Assembly (NCBI GenBank): GCA_963783675.1
Contig: CAWAOU010000027.1
Coordinates: forward strand, 13,221-77,220
DNA: 64,000 nucleotides
Direction of reading: 5' to 3'
Origin: an uncultured Gammaproteobacteria bacterium
Lineage (GTDB): Bacteria > Pseudomonadota > Gammaproteobacteria > Competibacterales > JAHEDQ01
The notes under the pieces were generated by a model. It saw only the letters and a list, made by a program, of their open reading frames with translations. It did not search any database and was not told the origin of the DNA. A program made the position numbers and the translations under genes. Within the stretch, counting starts at the first letter, position 1; each line of letters begins with the position of its first letter. Of this stretch, positions 31,723 to 41,259 are shown in pieces.

Positions 31723-31878
31723 GGCCGAGCATGCTTCCATCTGGAATGAGTGCGGGCCACGCCTGCGCATGATCAGCTTGCCGATGCGTGAATCCGACCG
31801 CGGGTTTTGAGAAGCCGCTGACATTCGCAGGCCAATGCGGGAAACTGCAGGCCTGCATTCACCGAGGCCCTCGAACCG

Positions 31879-32889
31879 GTGCGCGTCACAGAAAACGCTT
31901 CTCTCGAGCATCTCAATTCGTTTGGTGTCCAGGCGCGCAGCACGTTTCTGGTGGAACTGTTCTCAGAACAGGACATTCAGGCGTTTGCCGTCGACCAGCG
32001 ATTCCGCGATCTGCCTCGCTTGGTCATGGGGGGCGGGAGCAACCTCCTGCTGACCCGTGATTTCGAAGGCGTGGTACTTCGTCCCGCTCTGCGCGGAATC
32101 CAGTATCTGCACCAGGACCAGGAGGCCCATTACGTCCGCGCCTGCGCGGGCGAGCCCTGGCATCACCTGGTTCAGTGGACCTTGGGCCGCGGCTACGCCG
32201 GTCTGGAAAATCTGTCCCTGATCCCAGGTTTGTGCGGTGCCGCCCCGATCCAGAACATCGGAGCCTACGGTGTCGAGCTGAGAGATCGTTTCGCCGGCCT
32301 GACCTCCGCGTCCCCGTGCACCGGTGATTCGACCCATTTCGATGCGGACGCCTGCGACTTTGGCTACCGCCGTAGCCGGTTCAAAGACCAGCCCATCGGC
32401 AGCTGCCTGATTGTCGATATAACCCTGAAACTGCCGCGCAACTGGCAACCCAAACTGGACTACCCCGGTCTGGCGGAACGCCTGAAACATCTGCACGGGG
32501 AAGCGCCCAGCGCGATCGCTATCGGGGCCGCAGTCTGCTCCCTGCGGCGCAGCAAGTTGCCAGACCCGTCCGCCATCGGCAATGCAGGCAGTTTTTTCAA
32601 GAACCCGATCGTCACCCGGCACGGTCTGCGGGACAGCCGGCTGCACGGCCAGAACAATCACCCCCAGGAAGACGGCCGATTCAAGCTGTCCGCCGCCGCG
32701 TTGATCGAAGCCTGTGGCTGGAAAGGCTATCGTGAAGGCGACGCCGGGGTTTCCGATCGACATGCACTGGTTCTGGTCAACCACGGGCGAGCCACCGGAG
32801 CCCAGCTGTGGGCGCTGGCACGGCGCATTCAGGATTCGGTCGAATCCCGATTCGGACTACGTCTGGAGCCCGAGCCTCTGGTCATCTGA
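31879..32889 (+). CDS. murB: UDP-N-acetylenolpyruvoylglucosamine reductase
   Basis: LNSFGV...GGGSNLL FAD domain, NAGSFFKNP and KLSAAALIEACGWKG motifs. Confidence 0.9.
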   Translation: MRVTENASLEHLNSFGVQARSTFLVELFSEQDIQAFAVDQRFRDLPRLVMGGGSNLLLTRDFEGVVLRPALRGIQYLHQDQEAHYVRACAGEPWHHLVQWTLGRGYAGLENLSLIPGLCGAAPIQNIGAYGVELRDRFAGLTSASPCTGDSTHFDADACDFGYRRSRFKDQPIGSCLIVDITLKLPRNWQPKLDYPGLAERLKHLHGEAPSAIAIGAAVCSLRRSKLPDPSAIGNAGSFFKNPIVTRHGLRDSRLHGQNNHPQEDGRFKLSAAALIEACGWKGYREGDAGVSDRHALVLVNHGRATGAQLWALARRIQDSVESRFGLRLEPEPLVI

Positions 32890-32927
32890 CCGATGCACCA
32901 TCGCCGGCGCCATAGGCAAGGCCGCGA

Positions 32928-33368
32928 TCACTGCGTCATCACCCGCATGGCGCTGAGCAGGCGTTCGAGGCTCACATCCTCATCCCGCACCACCCAGCGA
33001 AGCAGGTCACCAATGGATACCAGTCCCAGCAACTGGTCAGACGAAACCACCGGCAAATGACGGCAGTGGTTCTCGGTCATGAATATCATCGTGTCCTCCA
33101 CAGTGGTGTTCGGACTGACGCATAATGGGCCCTCGGTCATCACGTCGCGAATCGGCGTATCCGCCGGGGCGCACTCCGCCTGAACCACCCGCACCAGGAC
33201 ATCCCGCTCGGTGAAGATCCCAATCAAACGGCCCTGTTCCACCACCGGCAGGCAGCCGATGGAGGCCGTGTTCATGCGCTGTACCGCATCCAGGACGGTC
33301 TCCGTGGGCTCCGCCGTCAGCAACCGTTCGCCCTTAGCGGCCAGCAATTCATGAATCCGATGTTGCAT
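32928..33368 (-). CDS. CBS domain pair protein
   Basis: 146 aa. Two CBS repeats (GCLPVV..G.L.GIFTERD; HLPVV....LLGLVSIGDL). Confidence 0.8.
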   Translation of the reverse strand: MQHRIHELLAAKGERLLTAEPTETVLDAVQRMNTASIGCLPVVEQGRLIGIFTERDVLVRVVQAECAPADTPIRDVMTEGPLCVSPNTTVEDTMIFMTENHCRHLPVVSSDQLLGLVSIGDLLRWVVRDEDVSLERLLSAMRVMTQ

Positions 33369-33472
33369 CTTGGCTCCCCCACCCTGTTTGTGGCGGCATT
33401 TGGCTGCACCAATCCGGCTGCAGCGATTTGCCGTCCCTGACCCCGAACTTTAGTGCAGCCGGCGCCATTAAG

Positions 33473-33605
33473 GGGCCTCTGGTTTGTTCTGGGTGAAGCA
33501 GATTGGAGGGTGAAATCTACAGATTCAAGGCGCAGATCGCGTGTGACCGTCGGTCCATTGTCAGGATTTGCGACGACGAAGCTGTGCATTTGAGTCCCAA
33601 GATGC
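33473..33605 (+). repeat. dispersed structured intergenic repeat, copy C (133 bp)
   Basis: Aligns with copies A and B. More diverged in the central part and carries a compensatory C-G pair where A and B have U-A in the inner stem. Confidence 0.7.
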
Positions 33606-33822
33606 CCCCCACCAGCGGATCGGACCTTATCTAAACGCCACGGTACGCCGATCGCGAGCGGAGCGGACAGCAAACTGCCGGACCCACCGATCAGCCGCGT
33701 ATTGAATCCAGGCAATATATCCAATAGCCATACGCTCATTTCTCATTATTCTTTTTTGATCTGATGCGACCGCTATACAGTGACTCATCGAAATCGGTCA
33801 GCCGGCGGGGGTGGTCCAGCGC

Positions 33823-35484
33823 ATGTACAACTACAACCAGGTGGACACTGCGCTGGTGGCTCAGCGGGTGGCCCAGTTTCGGGATCAGACCGCGCGCTTT
33901 CTGGACGGACGCCTCAGCGAAGAGGCGTTTCGCCCGCTGCGATTGATGAATGGCCTGTATCTCCAGCGCCACGCACCCATGCTCAGAGTCGCTATCCCAT
34001 ATGGTCTGTTGTCAGCCGCTCAGCTCCGCCGGCTGGCACTGATCGCACGTCGTTACGATCGCGGGTACGGACACTTCACCACCCGCCAGAACATCCAGTT
34101 CAACTGGGTTCGAGTCGCTGAAGTGCCGGACATACTCGCGTCACTGGCTGAGGTGGACATGCACGCCATCCAGACCAGCGGCAACTGCATCCGCAATGTA
34201 ACCGCCGACCATCTGGCGGGTGTGGCACCAGACGAGATCGAGGACCCGCGACCGCACTGCGAGCTGATACGCCAATGGTCGACACTGCACCCGGAGTTCT
34301 CGTTCCTGCCCCGAAAGTTCAAGATTGCCGTCACCGGCAGCCCCGGGGATCGAGCCGCCTCGCAGGTGCACGACATCGGACTGCACCTGGTGCGCGATTC
34401 AAATGGCAGGGTGGGATTCGAAGTGCTGGTCGGGGGCGGTCTCGGCCGGACCCCCGTAATCGGCAAAGTGCTGCGACCGTTTCTGGAAAAACGCGATCTG
34501 CTGTCCTACCTGGAATCTATCCTCCGGGTCTACAACCTGATGGGACGGCGGGACAATAAGTACAAGGCCCGGATAAAAATCCTGGTCAATGCCATGGGCA
34601 TCGACGCTTTCTCCCAGGCGGTTGAACGGGAATGGACCCTGACCCGCAGTCCGGAACTGGACCTGAGTGTGGCGAGGCTGGATCGATACCGGGCTCATTT
34701 CGCGCCACCCGCCTATGTAAAGGCCGGTGGCGACAGCGAGCAACATCGGGCATTGATCAACCGCAACCCCCTTTATCGCGCGTGGGCCCGGCAAAACACC
34801 CAGCGCCAAAGACAGCCGGGGTACCGCGCCGTCAGCCTGTCTCTCAAACCGCCGGGTGGCGCGCCCGGTGACTTAAACGCAGACCAGATGGACAGCGTCG
34901 CCGATCTGGCGGAGACCTATGCTTTCGGCGAAATCAGGGTCACCCACGAACAGAACCTGCTGCTGGCCAACGTGCACGAAAACGATCTGCCCGTCTTGTG
35001 GCGGGCTTTGAAAAGCCTGAACCTCGCCACCCCCAACGTGGGCACGCTGACCGACATGATCTGTTGCCCTGGCCTGGACTATTGCAGCCTGGCAAATGCC
35101 GGATCCATTGATGTGGCGGCGCAGATTCAGGCGCGCTTCGACGACTACGACCTGCTCTACGACCTGGGCGACATTCAAATCAACATCTCGGGATGCATGA
35201 ACGCCTGTGGACATCACCATGTAGGTCACATCGGGCTGCTCGGCGTCGATAAGAAGGGAGAGCAGTGGTACCAGATCACCCTGGGCGGGCAGTCCAGCGA
35301 CCAGGCCAGGCTCGGCAAGGTCCTGGGCCCATCGATACCCAAAGCCGAAGTCGCCGAAGTGATTGAAAACCTGCTCGAAGTCTACGTCGAACAGCGACGG
35401 GGAGACGAGCGCTTCGTCGACACCGTGCATCGGGTTGGCGTCACACCGTTTAAGGAGTCCATCTATGCCCTTGCTGAATCGTGA
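33823..35484 (+). CDS. cysI: assimilatory sulfite reductase hemoprotein-type (nitrite/sulfite reductase family)
   Basis: MYNYNQVD start as in Pseudomonas-type CysI. Two nitrite/sulfite reductase repeats. Siroheme/4Fe-4S cysteines (CCPGLDYC ... SGCMNACGHHH). The ORF track starts at GTG 33811. Confidence 0.85.
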   Translation: MYNYNQVDTALVAQRVAQFRDQTARFLDGRLSEEAFRPLRLMNGLYLQRHAPMLRVAIPYGLLSAAQLRRLALIARRYDRGYGHFTTRQNIQFNWVRVAEVPDILASLAEVDMHAIQTSGNCIRNVTADHLAGVAPDEIEDPRPHCELIRQWSTLHPEFSFLPRKFKIAVTGSPGDRAASQVHDIGLHLVRDSNGRVGFEVLVGGGLGRTPVIGKVLRPFLEKRDLLSYLESILRVYNLMGRRDNKYKARIKILVNAMGIDAFSQAVEREWTLTRSPELDLSVARLDRYRAHFAPPAYVKAGGDSEQHRALINRNPLYRAWARQNTQRQRQPGYRAVSLSLKPPGGAPGDLNADQMDSVADLAETYAFGEIRVTHEQNLLLANVHENDLPVLWRALKSLNLATPNVGTLTDMICCPGLDYCSLANAGSIDVAAQIQARFDDYDLLYDLGDIQINISGCMNACGHHHVGHIGLLGVDKKGEQWYQITLGGQSSDQARLGKVLGPSIPKAEVAEVIENLLEVYVEQRRGDERFVDTVHRVGVTPFKESIYALAES

Positions 35485-35989
35485 CGGTCATCTGGTCGCC
35501 AGTCCTTGGCGCCTCGCGTCGGAGCAGCCGGACGGGCCCCGTCCATACTCCGTGCTGACCCTAGAGCAGTGGCGCCTTCTGAAACACGTGTCTCCGGAGG
35601 TACTGCACCTGGGTCTGCGACTTGACGGCGATGCCGAGCCGGAACAAGCACTGCCTTGGCTGGATGCCAGCAAACTGGTGGAGATTCACTTCGCCAGTTT
35701 CATCGATGGCCGCGGGTTCAGCCTGGGGCGCAGCCTGCGAGCCCGATTCGGGTACAGCGGCACAATGCGGGCCTGTGGCGAGATCCTGCCGGACCAGCTC
35801 CAACTGCTGGCCCGTTGCGGTTTTGACCAATTCCTGCTGGAAGACACCGAGGCCGCCAACGATGGGCGGGCGGCACTTTCGGCTTTCGACGTCTGCTATC
35901 AACCCGGACTGAGGATCGCGAACGGGTTCGATGCACCTCAAAACTCGGGCAGTTCGACATCGGCAAACATTCGATCCACCGCCGCCTGA
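35465..35989 (+). CDS. DUF934 family protein (commonly coupled to cysI)
   Basis: ATG 35465 overlaps the cysI 3' end. IDGRGFSLGRSLRARFGYSG..RA.G.ILPDQL is typical of DUF934. Confidence 0.7.
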   Translation: MPLLNRDGHLVASPWRLASEQPDGPRPYSVLTLEQWRLLKHVSPEVLHLGLRLDGDAEPEQALPWLDASKLVEIHFASFIDGRGFSLGRSLRARFGYSGTMRACGEILPDQLQLLARCGFDQFLLEDTEAANDGRAALSAFDVCYQPGLRIANGFDAPQNSGSSTSANIRSTAA

Positions 35990-36912
35990 TCGGGTGCGTG
36001 TGCCGCCTGATCCACCGGTTTCAGTTTCAAGTGCGCGGCGAACAGGGATATGAAGTCATACATGTAGGCCCGCAGATAGGTACCCCGGCGAAAACCGATC
36101 TTGGTGGTGCTGGCCTTGAACAGATGTCCGGCATCGAGCTGCACCAAGTCCCCGTCGTGCTCGGGGTCATATGCCATACGCGCCAGAATGCCGACCCCCA
36201 GCCCGAGACGGACATAGGTCTTGATTACGTCGGAGTCCGCCGCCGTGAACACCACTCTGGGCTTTAAACCCTGGGCGTTGAACGCAATATCCAGTTGAGA
36301 ACGGCCGGTGAATCCGAATACATAGGTGACCAGCGGGTAGCGAGCCACCGCAGCCAGGTCCAGGTGCTCGACCCGGGCCAGGGGATGATCCGGCGGCACC
36401 ACCACGCAACGGTTCCAGCGGTAGCAGGGCAGCATCACCAGATCTTCGAACAGTTCCATTGCCTCGGTGGCGATGGCGAAGTCGACCTGCCCGGAAGCCG
36501 CCATCTCAGCGATCTGGGCGGGTGTCCCCTGTTGCATCTGCAGAGTTACATCGGGGTAGCGCTGGCGAAACGCCTGGACCACGGGAGGCAGGGCATAACG
36601 GGCCTGGGTGTGGGTTGTGGCGATACTTAAAGTGCCGCGATGTTCATCGCGGAATTCCGCCGCCAGGGCCTTGATGTTGCCCACCTCACCCATGATCGAT
36701 TCGGCCCTGGCAATGATCTGTCGGCCCGCCGGAGTGATATGGGTGAGCTGCTTACCGTTCCGATTGAACAGCAGTATGCCCAACTCCTCCTCCAGCAGTT
36801 TGAGCTGCTTGCTGACCCCGGGTTGAGATGTGTACAGGCTCTCGGCCGCAGCCGAGATGTTCAGGCCGTTGCGTGCGATTGCGATCAGATAGCGGAGTTG
36901 CTGGAGTTTCAC
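35938..36912 (-). CDS. cysB: LysR-family transcriptional regulator, CysB-like
   Basis: MKLQQLRYLIAIARNGLNISAAAESLYTSQPGVSKQLKLLEEELG is close to the canonical CysB/Cbl N-terminus; 324 aa. Confidence 0.85.
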   Translation of the reverse strand: MKLQQLRYLIAIARNGLNISAAAESLYTSQPGVSKQLKLLEEELGILLFNRNGKQLTHITPAGRQIIARAESIMGEVGNIKALAAEFRDEHRGTLSIATTHTQARYALPPVVQAFRQRYPDVTLQMQQGTPAQIAEMAASGQVDFAIATEAMELFEDLVMLPCYRWNRCVVVPPDHPLARVEHLDLAAVARYPLVTYVFGFTGRSQLDIAFNAQGLKPRVVFTAADSDVIKTYVRLGLGVGILARMAYDPEHDGDLVQLDAGHLFKASTTKIGFRRGTYLRAYMYDFISLFAAHLKLKPVDQAAHAPDQAAVDRMFADVELPEF

Positions 36913-37423
36913 ATTCGACTCCGGTGGGTCAACGGGAAGTTTCTTCCCATGTGCAGCATCTTCATGACCCGACTTGTTTTCAACAGCTATTCTTGACGAT
37001 ATCGACCCAACAATTCAGTCCTATCCATGGAACCCGACTGTGAGCCAATCCGGCCAAGACCCAAGCGCGGGCGTCGAGCCTGCCACAAAATAACAATATC
37101 GCATAAATATTTCCGATGATATTACCTTTGCGCATGGCAATATGCGGTCCAGCGCGCCCGCGCCCCGGAGTAAAAGTTCACCGGTTTCGGTGGGTGAACT
37201 CGAACTGGAAGCTTGATTTAATTAAACTGTCGTCTAACGTATTTAGAGTCTGAGTTCGGCCCCTTCGTCGGGCCTGCGGTATGGATGCTGCGGTGAACGG
37301 CGCGGGAAGCAAGGATTAAGAGTGAGCGTGATTCAGGCTGCTGTGACGGCTGAGGGTAGCGATCCGACTTAGAGATCCCACCCACCGGCCTAAGTCCTGA
37401 CAGCGGCCTTTCGGGGGGAAATC

Positions 37424-39762
37424 ATGCGCATTCTCGTGATGCTGCCGTTGCTGCTTTTCTGGGCACCGCTGATCGCGGCCCAATCCCACAATACCGTATC
37501 CGCTGAGTTGGCCGAGAGTAAGGGCTGCCTGTCCTGCCACGAGGGCATCGAGCGGTTTACCGACGGGCCCATGATGGACGCGATTGCGGCCATCGGATCA
37601 GCTCACAAAGATCCCGGTGGCTGCGTCGTCTGCCACGGTGGAAATCCCATTGCCACCGCAAAGGAGCAGGCGCATACCGGCGCACCGGATCTGCTGAAGC
37701 AAGGCGGCGGACCCTCCATGTTCTTCCCCGACCCGGGCAGTGTCTGGATCGCCGACAAGACCTGCGGCCAATGCCATGCAGGCTATGCCGACCGACTCAC
37801 TAAATCGCCTGATGAACACCGAGGCCGGCAAACTTCAGGGCAACCTGTGGTCCTGGGGCGTGATCGACACGCACAGTCGGTCTACGGCAACTACGACATG
37901 ACGATGAAGACGGTCTGACACCCGCGGTCGGTACCGAGGCCTACGAATCCTACATGGTGGCATTCATCGCCGCGCACCCGGAACAGATGCCGAGTCGAAT
38001 GGAGCAGGTTGCCGGAAGTCAACGTCGATGAAATCTCGGACCACCCTAACCTGGCCGGCATCACCTACTCGCGCCAGCAGTGCCAACGGTGCCACGTGGG
38101 CGTAACCGGGCGGGAGAAGCGGGGCGACTACCGCGGCACCGGCTGCTCGTCCTGCCACGTTCCCTACTCCAACGAGGGCCTCTACGAGGGCGGCGATCCC
38201 GACGATCGCAAAGATCAACCCGGCAAGCTGCTGGTCCACCGCATGCAGGCGACCCGCAAATCCAAGGTTCAGGTCGGCGACGTGACCATTACTCCGGTAT
38301 ACCGTCCGAGACCTGCAACTCCTGCCACAACCGCGGCAAGCGGATCGGCGTAAGCTACCAGGGCATCATGGAATTCCCCTACGGTCGCCCTATAACGCCA
38401 CCGGTGGCAAGCAGCCCAAGCTGCACACCAAGAACTATCTCTACATCAAGGACGACCTGCACCATCAGCAGGTGAGCCGGCCGGGCAACCCGGAAGGCGG
38501 AATGCTGTGCCAGGATTGCCACACCTCGATCGACATGCATGGCGACGGCAACCTGCCGGGCACCACGCTGGCGCAGGTCGAAATCGAGTGTGAGGACTGC
38601 CACGGCACCGTCGCGCAGTTGCCCTGGGATCTGCCGCTGGGTTACGGCGAAGAGCACGGCATGGACGCTTGCGGGCACGCCCGCGGGGTCTGGCCTCCAA
38701 CCGCCGAGCCTTCATGTTCGCGACCGAGTATCCGGCTGAGGACGGCTATCTGCTGACCGCCCGAGGCAACCCGTTCGGCAATGTGGTCGACAAGGTGACA
38801 AGGTGATCATGCACTCGGCCTCCGGTCTCGACTTCGAGGTGCCGGTGCTCAAGCAGCTCGCCGACGACGACACCTGGAAGTCACCCGACGCGAAGGTCGC
38901 GATGGGCCAGGTCGGCGCGCATATGGAAAGCATGGAATGCTATGCCTGCCATGCCGACTGGGCGCCGCAGTGCTACGGCTGCCACATCACCGTGGACTAT
39001 TCGGAAGGCAAGACCGACGTGGACTGGATCCACAACGCCAACGCCCGCACCGAAAACGGCCTCACCGCCGACAACGAGCTGGGCACCAACGGCCTGACCA
39101 GCGCGGGCAAGGTATCGGAGACCCGCTCCTACCTGCGTTGGGAAAGCCAATCCTCGGGATCAACGGTGAAGGCCGGGTCAGCCCGCTGATGCCAGGCTGC
39201 CAGGTGATCACCACGGTGATCGACAAGGACGGCAACACGGTGGCCGAGAACGAGACCTGGATGACGCCCGGAGCCGGGGACCAAGGGTCTGGACCACGCC
39301 GCGGTGCAGCCGCATACCGCGGGGCGCAAGGCGCGAAGCTGCGAGAGCTGCCATGACAACCCCAAAGCCCTGGGCTACGGGATCAGGGTGGCCGATTCAT
39401 GCAGGGCTATGACAAGGGCTTCGTGGTCGATCTGGAAACCGCAACCGGGCGAGACCATCCCCGGTCAATACGCAGGTCCAGTCGCAGCCGATCCCGTCGC
39501 TCGACCATGCGATCTTTGCCGGATCGTGACCGAGGACAACGTGCAACTGGTGACCGTGGGCTCGCATTGGCCGAACTGACCGGCCCGCTGCCGCAGGAGA
39601 TGCGGGACAAGATGGAACGCACCGGCCTGTGCATGGGTTGCCACCAGGAAATGACCGAACGAAGCCTTGTGGAGCAAAGTCAATCAGCCGGGCTGGGCCA
39701 CCAATGACGCCCACCGGGACGTGCTGAACAAGGCCCTCAAGGCCTATGCGGCCGAACAGTAA
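37424..39762 (+). pseudogene. multiheme c-type cytochrome (12 CxxCH motifs), disrupted by many frameshifts
   Basis: Signal peptide MRILVMLPLLLFWAPLIAAQ. CxxCH motifs CLSCH, CVVCH, CGQCH, CQRCH, CSSCH, CNSCH, CQDCH, CEDCH, CYACH, CYGCH, CESCH and CMGCH are spread over ORFs 37424 (f2), 38009 (f2), 38080 (f1), 38472 (f3), 38803 (f1), 38937 (f3), 39304 (f1) and 39399 (f3). Protein-like sequence continues when hopping frames. The final stop is at 39760-39762. Confidence 0.85.
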
Positions 39763-39783
39763 ACGGCGAAGGAGGACTGACAT

Positions 39784-40149
39784 ATGAAAGCCATCAGCCA
39801 ACTTTGCTGTGCCCTGGCCGCAGCGCTTGTTTTGTGTGTTCCGGCAGAGCAGGCGGCCGCTTACTCCGCCCAGGATCTGTACGAACCCTGTCACGAGGGC
39901 GATGCCGACTCGCGCTGGGGTGCGGCGGCCGAGGCGGAGTGCGAGCAGTACATACTTGGGTTCACCGATGCCTACCTGCTGCTCACCGACGGCGGCAAGG
40001 CCGACAACATCTGCCTGCCCGAGCAAAACCGCCTGGACGAAGTGCGCTGGGCCTTTATGCGCTGGTACCACCAGCACTTCGACGACCGGGCCCAACCTGC
40101 TGGCGAGGGGCTGCACAAAATGCTCAAAGCCGGGTTCGTCTGCGAATAG
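39784..40149 (+). CDS. small secreted cysteine-containing protein (Rap1a/Tai4-like motif, uncertain)
   Basis: Strong AAGGAGGA Shine-Dalgarno. Signal peptide ending AEQAAA. The DLYEPC...ECEQYILGFTDAY pattern is reminiscent of Rap1a/Tai4-type periplasmic proteins. Confidence 0.55.
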   Translation: MKAISQLCCALAAALVLCVPAEQAAAYSAQDLYEPCHEGDADSRWGAAAEAECEQYILGFTDAYLLLTDGGKADNICLPEQNRLDEVRWAFMRWYHQHFDDRAQPAGEGLHKMLKAGFVCE

Positions 40150-40176
40150 ACCGGCCCGATTTCGCCATCCGATCGA

Positions 40177-40205
40177 CCGCCGGCCAGTGTCCGGCGGTTT
40201 TTTTT
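40177..40205 (+). terminator. Rho-independent terminator
   Basis: ccgccgg-ccagtgt-ccggcgg stem-loop followed by a run of eight T. Confidence 0.8.
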
Positions 40206-40313
40206 GATACTTGCAAACTTCGCATCACCCCGTACCGCCTCACCCCGCCCATTTATTATATTAGAAAATCATAATATGATGAATAAACCACGCCCAACGG
40301 GTGAAGATGTGCC

Positions 40314-41120
40314 ATGAAACTCCGCTACCTGGTATGTGCCCTGCTGATTTCCAGCGCAGCGGGACCGGCCGCAGCCGATCTTCTGATCCTGGTGCACGGC
40401 TACCAATCCGACGCGGGGACCTGGGTCAGATCCGGTGTAGTCAACACCCTGGAACAAACCGGTTGGACGCCCGGTGGACTGTTGACCCCATCCGGGCCTT
40501 TACCCACCGCAGCCGGTATGGGCAACAACACCGTATGGCTTGCACAACTGCCCTCCGAAGCCCCCCTTTCGGTTCAGGCCGGGATTCTGCTGACCGGCGT
40601 GCAGAGCCTCCATCGCAAATGGCCGGATCAACCCATCGTTCTGGTGGGCCATTCCGCGGGAGGCGTTGTGGCACGCATGGCGCTGGTACTCGCCCGTCCG
40701 GCACTGCCCGACACAATGCTCATCACCATCGCCAGCCCGCATCTGGGCACAATCCGAGCCGCCCAAGCCCTGGAGGCCACGCGCCTCCCCTTCCCCGTGT
40801 CGTGGATGGCTGACGTTCTGGGCGGACTCCATTATCAATCCTTGAAGCGTTCCTGGCCCTTGCTCACCGAACTGGCCATGGCCCCCGGGTCGGCTCTGGA
40901 ATGGCTCAATCACCAGCCGCATCCCCAGGCGCACTATGTGTCCATCATCCGAGGCACCTCAACCGGCCGGGTCGGCGATGCCCTGGTACAGGGCTACAGT
41001 CAAGACCTGAACCAGGTGCCGTCGCTGCGGGGCCGTGCCCGGATAGTGGTGGTGCCGGGTGCCCACGATCTGGGACCCATGGACGGAAGCGTACTGCTGG
41101 GCATTCTCGCGTCGTCCTGA
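40314..41120 (+). CDS. secreted alpha/beta hydrolase (lipase/esterase-like)
   Basis: Signal peptide. LILVHGYQSD and VLVGHSAGG (GxSxG nucleophile elbow). Confidence 0.75.
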   Translation: MKLRYLVCALLISSAAGPAAADLLILVHGYQSDAGTWVRSGVVNTLEQTGWTPGGLLTPSGPLPTAAGMGNNTVWLAQLPSEAPLSVQAGILLTGVQSLHRKWPDQPIVLVGHSAGGVVARMALVLARPALPDTMLITIASPHLGTIRAAQALEATRLPFPVSWMADVLGGLHYQSLKRSWPLLTELAMAPGSALEWLNHQPHPQAHYVSIIRGTSTGRVGDALVQGYSQDLNQVPSLRGRARIVVVPGAHDLGPMDGSVLLGILASS

Positions 41121-41259
41121 TCATCATGTGCCGTGTCCACCGTACCTGCCTCAGCGGCTCTGTGTCGGGAAGGGAGTTTGCCGCGAGGGTTCAGCATCGC
41201 GCTGGAAACACTGGACGGACTGCTATGCTTGACAGAAATTCGGAGACATAGGCTCACGA

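Noticed and set aside
37424-39762. Programmed ribosomal frameshifting or recoding as an explanation for the multi-frame cytochrome
   Set aside because: Far too many switches, in both directions, and no recurring slippery motif. At least one is a plain 8-bp duplication. A pseudogene or local sequence error is much more parsimonious.
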